Shown: one piece after another, positions 59,168-64,000 of the stretch | How the letters are laid out: each line of letters starts with the position of its first letter | Numbering within the stretch: the first letter of the stretch is position 1 | Notes under the pieces: model-generated | Databases searched by the model: none | Told to the model about the DNA's origin: nothing | Seen by the model: only the letters and a program-made list of their open reading frames with translations | From: a virus | Length of the DNA stretch: 64,000 nucleotides | Virus record (IMG/VR): IMGVR_UViG_3300033571_019687 | Location: 32,001 to 96,000 of that record | Strand: one strand, 5' to 3' | Translations under genes and position numbers: made by a program

Positions 59168-59808
59168 CATTAAATATAGAACAAACACAAAATGATATCA
59201 ACTATCTATTACAATTAGATCAAAATATATCAGCTAATGGGGTATATGTTGATACAGATGGGTATATTAATAGAGTTAATTTAGATAATACCATTATTAA
59301 CCAGACAGTGTACTCAGATTTAACAGGATTAACAGTATTATTCTCTCAAGATATAAATTATATTACAGGTGTTACTACTTCAAAACTCGGTGCTATTTTA
59401 ACACAGGATGAGTTAAATGGTAATTTTAATAGGACTAATTTAGGTAAACCTATATTAATATCTGGTACCGATCTAGTTGCTATAATAGAAAATTATGATG
59501 TAACTAATGACAATTATTATTATAAGTATTATATTGGTGTTGGTACATCAAATCCTATATTATATGAAGAAATTAATGAACGTGTTATATATAAAGCTAT
59601 ACCTAATGATGATTATATTACTAAACCGGTTTATATGTTATATGACAGCATAGCAGAAGAACCAAAAATACAAAGTAGTGTATTTATAGATAGAGGTACA
59701 AATAGTGTATTTGAATCAATAAGTAAGTTAAATAAAACTAGGACGTTGCAGGAATTAAAAAAGACTGGTCTTGGGTTTTTTAAGATAAATAAAAACGGCA
59801 TATTATGA
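59164..59808 (+). CDS. Hypothetical structural protein
   Basis: 214-aa ORF with ATGA overlaps. Confidence 0.65.
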   Translation: MTLNIEQTQNDINYLLQLDQNISANGVYVDTDGYINRVNLDNTIINQTVYSDLTGLTVLFSQDINYITGVTTSKLGAILTQDELNGNFNRTNLGKPILISGTDLVAIIENYDVTNDNYYYKYYIGVGTSNPILYEEINERVIYKAIPNDDYITKPVYMLYDSIAEEPKIQSSVFIDRGTNSVFESISKLNKTRTLQELKKTGLGFFKINKNGIL

Positions 59809-60707
59809 GTTTAGGTAATTACGGTTTTAAAAGACCAGCAGATGTAAACCCAAGTGATATTGAGGTTATTGTCATATACTCAAGGACAAGAGCATCTGGT
59901 GAACAACAAGTGATAAAAAAACTTTCTGGATCAACGGTAATTAGACCTTTGTATTCGAATCAAGAACTTGGTGGTAACACATCAGAACTATTAGGCGGGT
60001 TATATAATTTAACATTACCAAAAGATGTTTTTAATCAAAAAGGTATATACACAATATATATCAGGCCAGCACAGATAAGAACTACTATACTTGATTGTGG
60101 AGAATTAGTTAATGTTCCTGATATTAGAGGTTTAGTTTTTGATGTAAACTCAGCACCAGTAGACTTTATTCGTAAATTTACAAATAATGGTCTTGATGGG
60201 TATAGAGTTGAATACCTAAATAATAACGGTTCAAAAATTGAGGGTTTATATAAAATCGTAACTACTAGTTTTTTGTGTGAAGCAACGCAATCAATTGGTA
60301 ATGGAACCACACAAAAGGGTATTAAATACGCATATAACAATACTGGTAGCTTACTATTCTGTACAGTTACACCAAATACTGCACCATCATTTAGACCTAC
60401 AGCACAACCATTTATTGGTAGAAAGGGACAAAATGTGATATTAAGTAATACTAGTTTTAATCCAATAGTTAAAGAGATTGAAGTTGTAGATTTTGATATT
60501 GAGAGTCTATCAATAGCATTATTTGGTGAACAAAGTAAGTCACTTAAAGATGGGATTTATACACTTTATAATACTGATGGTACAATTTATAAACAATATG
60601 ATCTATATGAAATTGATGATCCAAATATCGGTCATTATGAAGTTAGAAGAATAAGAACAGATATAGATTCAAGTAAATCATTAGATAACATACCGTTACC
60701 AAACTAA
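59805..60707 (+). CDS. Hypothetical structural protein
   Basis: 300-aa ORF in the baseplate operon. Confidence 0.65.
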   Translation: MSLGNYGFKRPADVNPSDIEVIVIYSRTRASGEQQVIKKLSGSTVIRPLYSNQELGGNTSELLGGLYNLTLPKDVFNQKGIYTIYIRPAQIRTTILDCGELVNVPDIRGLVFDVNSAPVDFIRKFTNNGLDGYRVEYLNNNGSKIEGLYKIVTTSFLCEATQSIGNGTTQKGIKYAYNNTGSLLFCTVTPNTAPSFRPTAQPFIGRKGQNVILSNTSFNPIVKEIEVVDFDIESLSIALFGEQSKSLKDGIYTLYNTDGTIYKQYDLYEIDDPNIGHYEVRRIRTDIDSSKSLDNIPLPN

Positions 60708-60711
60708 TAAA

Positions 60712-63700
60712 ATGGCAGTAATAAATTCACCTATACTACGTTTTGTATATTCAAGTAAAGAAGAAGCAATAAACAAGGCAAAAGAATTAGGATCAGATGG
60801 TTTTAGAGAGTATAATATTAATGGTACATTATGCTATGTACCATGTTTTACTTTTGCTGAATATGAAAAAGTCACTAGAACTGTAATAACAAAGGGGGGT
60901 AATTTAGCTAGTGGTAATGATACATTTGGTGGTGGTTTAGTTGGTATGCAATTTGCCAATAATAATGAATTTGGCGGAGACCCATTTCTAACTCTTGGTA
61001 ATTTTAGTATAGTTAAAGATATTAGTGTAATTCAGACAAGTGTATCTGGAGAAACTAATGCACCAGTATCTTATACACAAGAAAGTATATCTAACACATT
61101 AGGTGTTCAACCAAATAATTTATCTAATTATGTTGAAGATAAATTAAAACCTAAATTTAATGTTGATACTAGTAATGTTAGCAGATTTGTATTATTTTCT
61201 TCATTAAAAGAGAGGATTAAAAATGGATTAGTTGAAATCATTACTAACTTCCCGGCTGCGATTAAAATAGAGTATTTGGGTCAAAATATTCGTAATGTTG
61301 TTTCTTATATTGAAAATAGAAATAATAATACATCAACTATTACTATAAATTCAAATGCTATAAGAAATCCATTTGGTATTGAATATAATACTACTGGTAC
61401 AACATTAAATGATTATGATGACCGTGCTATTATTAGGAACTTTTCAAAATACTATACGAATTATACTGTATTTTTTAATGATCAAGAATATGATATTATT
61501 GATGTAGTATTAAGAACATCTGGTACTAATTTATCAGTAACTGTAAATGGGTTCCCATTTGCAGATGTAAAAGATAATGATAATAATGTTAACACCAAGT
61601 TTTATTTAAAACCGAATAAAACTATAGTTAATAAGTTTTATGAAGGATTAAGTGATGTTGCCAAATTTTTATTAAATTTTGACAATCAAAATAAACTATA
61701 TGCAACAAAAATTAATGTACCGGTATCAGATGACACTGGTAAGTCCGTAATACAACCTGTGGTACTATATTTCCCGTTATATGATGATTATAACTTAGAT
61801 GTGTTTACAACAAAATATGATGAATATGTATTAGAATTAAATTCGATTGCTGAATCATTTGATAGTTTTAAAAGTGATTTAATTAGTAGAACATTAACAA
61901 CTGAGGCCTTTAAAGAGTTTGATACCGTAGATCGTAAAATGGAAAACGTTTTGCAGTTATATGGTAGAGGATTTGATGCTGTTAAAGTTTATGTCGATTC
62001 ACTTGCTTACATGAGAAATGTAAGTTATGATAAAATAGATAATGTACCTGATTTGTTAATTAAAAACTTTGCTCAGACATTAGGTTGGGACACAAATAGA
62101 TTAGATGATGATGATGCAATAGTTACAAGTCTGTTTACCATAAGTCAACCTTTAGAAGATACTATTACACCACAAGAGTTTGATATTGAGGTGTGGAGAA
62201 GGTTATTATTGAATACAGCATATCTATTCAAAAGTAAAGGTACTAGAAAGGCCATAGAAGCCCTATTAGAGATCGTCGGGATACCTGACTATATAATAGA
62301 CATTAATGAGTATATCTACTTAACAGAAGCGAAATTAGACGCTAATAACAAGTATTTAGAAATAGCGGAAGCTTTAGGTGAAGATGATCCGGCTAATCTT
62401 GTTGGGTTATACCCATTTGATTCAGAGGGTTATCCATCTGCACCAACTGATGTTGCTTATCAGGAAGCTGGTGGTTATATTGTTATAGATAAAGAAAATA
62501 TTGGACCTTATGATAATGGTAAGACATATCTTGACAAATTTAGGGATTTTGACGGTATAAAAGGTTTTGAGCTTATCAAAACTATTGATAATAAAAAATC
62601 TTGGGTTTACACCGAATCTGCCACCATTAATGAGGACACAGATTCAGATACTTCTTATGAAGTGATTGATAGTAGATTATTAATTAATACAAAAGAGGTT
62701 GAGATCTATCTTAATTCACAAAGGGTTGTTGATTTTTTAATTTATAGATATTTTAAACGTAATAGACTTATTATTGATACTAATTACGGTATATCTTACA
62801 CAAATGGTGTTAATCCTACTAATATAACATTTTCGCAATTCATTAAAGATTGTCTTAATAATTTTATTGACCCAAGAAATAGAAAAACAGTTATTGTTTA
62901 TCCTACACTTAGAAAATTATATTATGATTTTAAAAAATCTTATGGTAAAGATATTAGTAATAGTGTAGGTATTGATTTTATTAATCAGTTTGATACATAT
63001 TGGGTTCAACTTATTAAACAAGTTATACCTGCAACAACTATATTTAACGCTGGTAAAAAGGTTAAAAACTCAGATCTACTTGATAATAAGTATAAGTATA
63101 AAGCTGGTATTGATAAAGGATCAGAATTTACTAATGAAACTTTAAAAAGGGTTAATCAGGGTACTAATAGTATAGAGATTAATGGTGGAAAAATATATGA
63201 TACCGCAAAGGCATTGTCTACACCATTATCAATCTATAATCAATTAAAAGAAAGTAATAAAGGTATCGATAATAGCCTTAACCTTTACAGAGGTAAATAT
63301 TACAGTATTAAAGATGAATGTGAGAGAGATGGTAAATATTATCTATATGATAATTTAACTGATTATACTGAAAGTGATTTTGGTGGTAATATCAATACGT
63401 TAGTTGTTGCTACCGGACTTACATCAGAATCAGTTGGTGGTAGATACGGTGTGTTTGTTGTGGCTAGAGGCAATCTATACAGACTTAGAACTGTTAATAA
63501 CTATGATGAAAATAATAATCTGTTAACACCTAATGATACCGAATTAAATACTACTTCACAAATAACTATAATTAATGTATTGTATAATAGACCCGGAGGT
63601 ACTGTTACGTTATACAAAAAGTATAATGGCATAACTGGTGTTACAGTTGATTATGACAGACCAGCATTTGATATTGTACCAAAAAATGTTAACTCACATA

Positions 63701-64000
63701 CAATAACGTTTGCTGATTGTCCTAATCCTACAAATATTGAAAGAGAGTTCTTTATAAATTCAATATCAAAAGCTTTAGCTTACATTGAATTAGGATTTAA
63801 TTTTGATTGCCCTCCACCTAAAGCACATACATGTTATTTTGATATAGCAGGTAGCATAATAGATTTAGAACCGGGGTCATATACGTCATCAGATACCCAA
63901 TATACTATACCTGATGTGGCATATTATACCGATAATACAAATACAGATAGGGTTATTAAACAACCTTATTATTATGGGTATAGTACATACACAGGAACAA
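60712..64000 (+). CDS. Large baseplate/tail protein with P2 gpI / T4 gp7-like segment; truncated at the window end and absent from the ORF track
   Basis: ATG 60712 (MAVINSPILRF...); frame open in the stretches translated and at 64000 (...QPYYYGYSTYTGT); KNFAQTLGW and LFKSKGTRKAIEALLEIVG at about 62063-62280. Confidence 0.75.
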   Translation, partial: MAVINSPILRFVYSSKEEAINKAKELGSDGFREYNINGTLCYVPCFTFAEYEKVTRTVITKGGNLASGNDTFGGGLVGMQFANNNEFGGDPFLTLGNFSIVKDISVIQTSVSGETNAPVSYTQESISNTLGVQPNNLSNYVEDKLKPKFNVDTSNVSRFVLFSSLKERIKNGLVEIITNFPAAIKIEYLGQNIRNVVSYIENRNNNTSTITINSNAIRNPFGIEYNTTGTTLNDYDDRAIIRNFSKYYTNYTVFFNDQEYDIIDVVLRTSGTNLSVTVNGFPFADVKDNDNNVNTKFYLKPNKTIVNKFYEGLSDVAKFLLNFDNQNKLYATKINVPVSDDTGKSVIQPVVLYFPLYDDYNLDVFTTKYDEYVLELNSIAESFDSFKSDLISRTLTTEAFKEFDTVDRKMENVLQLYGRGFDAVKVYVDSLAYMRNVSYDKIDNVPDLLIKNFAQTLGWDTNRLDDDDAIVTSLFTISQPLEDTITPQEFDIEVWRRLLLNTAYLFKSKGTRKAIEALLEIVGIPDYIIDINEYIYLTEAKLDANNKYLEIAEALGEDDPANLVGLYPFDSEGYPSAPTDVAYQEAGGYIVIDKENIGPYDNGKTYLDKFRDFDGIKGFELIKTIDNKKSWVYTESATINEDTDSDTSYEVIDSRLLINTKEVEIYLNSQRVVDFLIYRYFKRNRLIIDTNYGISYTNGVNPTNITFSQFIKDCLNNFIDPRNRKTVIVYPTLRKLYYDFKKSYGKDISNSVGIDFINQFDTYWVQLIKQVIPATTIFNAGKKVKNSDLLDNKYKYKAGIDKGSEFTNETLKRVNQGTNSIEINGGKIYDTAKALSTPLSIYNQLKESNKGIDNSLNLYRGKYYSIKDECERDGKYYLYDNLTDYTESDFGGNINTLVVATGLTSESVGGRYGVFVVARGNLYRLRTVNNYDENNNLLTPNDTELNTTSQITIINVLYNRPGGTVTLYKKYNGITGVTVDYDRPAFDIVPKNVNSHTITFADCPNPTNIEREFFINSISKALAYIELGFNFDCPPPKAHTCYFDIAGSIIDLEPGSYTSSDTQYTIPDVAYYTDNTNTDRVIKQPYYYGYSTYTGT

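Noticed and set aside
1063-60340. Short antisense or out-of-frame ORFs in the track (e.g. 1063, 2493, 4527, 7682, 10205, 11376, 16616, 19424, 20851, 21846, 22127, 25530-27059, 34789, 35304, 36618, 37413, 39777, 40928, 49943, 54086, 54266, 57550, 60035)
   Set aside because: They are fully nested in long, motif-bearing genes, have atypical composition and no recognisable motifs; they are shadows of codon bias
1-64000. Stop-codon reassignment (TAG or TGA recoding seen in some Bacteroidetes phages)
   Set aside because: Standard code gives contiguous full-length genes with near-complete coverage, and TGA is used as a stop in ATGA overlaps
1-64000. tRNA, rRNA or integrase/IS genes
   Set aside because: Intergenic gaps are too short or too AT-rich, and no cloverleaf or recombinase motifs were seen

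Overview
This is a very AT-rich, gene-dense 64 kb segment of a large contractile-tailed (myovirus, T4-like or jumbo-type) dsDNA phage, read with the standard genetic code. The host is most likely a Bacteroidota member. Host-type promoters matching the Bacteroidetes -33 TTTG / 20 nt / -7 TAnnTTTG consensus precede several genes, and starts are A/T-rich without Shine-Dalgarno motifs. Bases 1-16980 are a minus-strand block: gp55-like sigma factor, three glycosyltransferases, degenerate HAD and HD-like proteins, PhoH, dUTPase, DUF397-like and WYL proteins, a LamG-like protein, a neck protein and a SNF2 helicase. Bases 17051-64000 are a plus-strand block: neck and tail completion, sheath, an ultra-AT-rich ori-like gap, tube, chaperone, tape measure, a giant tube-initiator protein and a two-gene hub ending in a lytic transglycosylase domain. 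It continues with a replication cassette (gp32-like SSB, RecA/UvsX, 5'-3' exonuclease, DnaB, NrdB, NrdA) and a second baseplate cluster. The last ORF (60712 to >64000) is missing from the supplied ORF track because it runs off the window. A recurring CTA(T/C)TTA motif is the probable late promoter. The best candidate for an undescribed system is phage-encoded virion glycosylation: three glycosyltransferases sit near the late sigma factor, and a [S/T]-G-x-T motif is strongly enriched in predicted virion proteins. All family assignments come from motif recognition by eye, not database searches.
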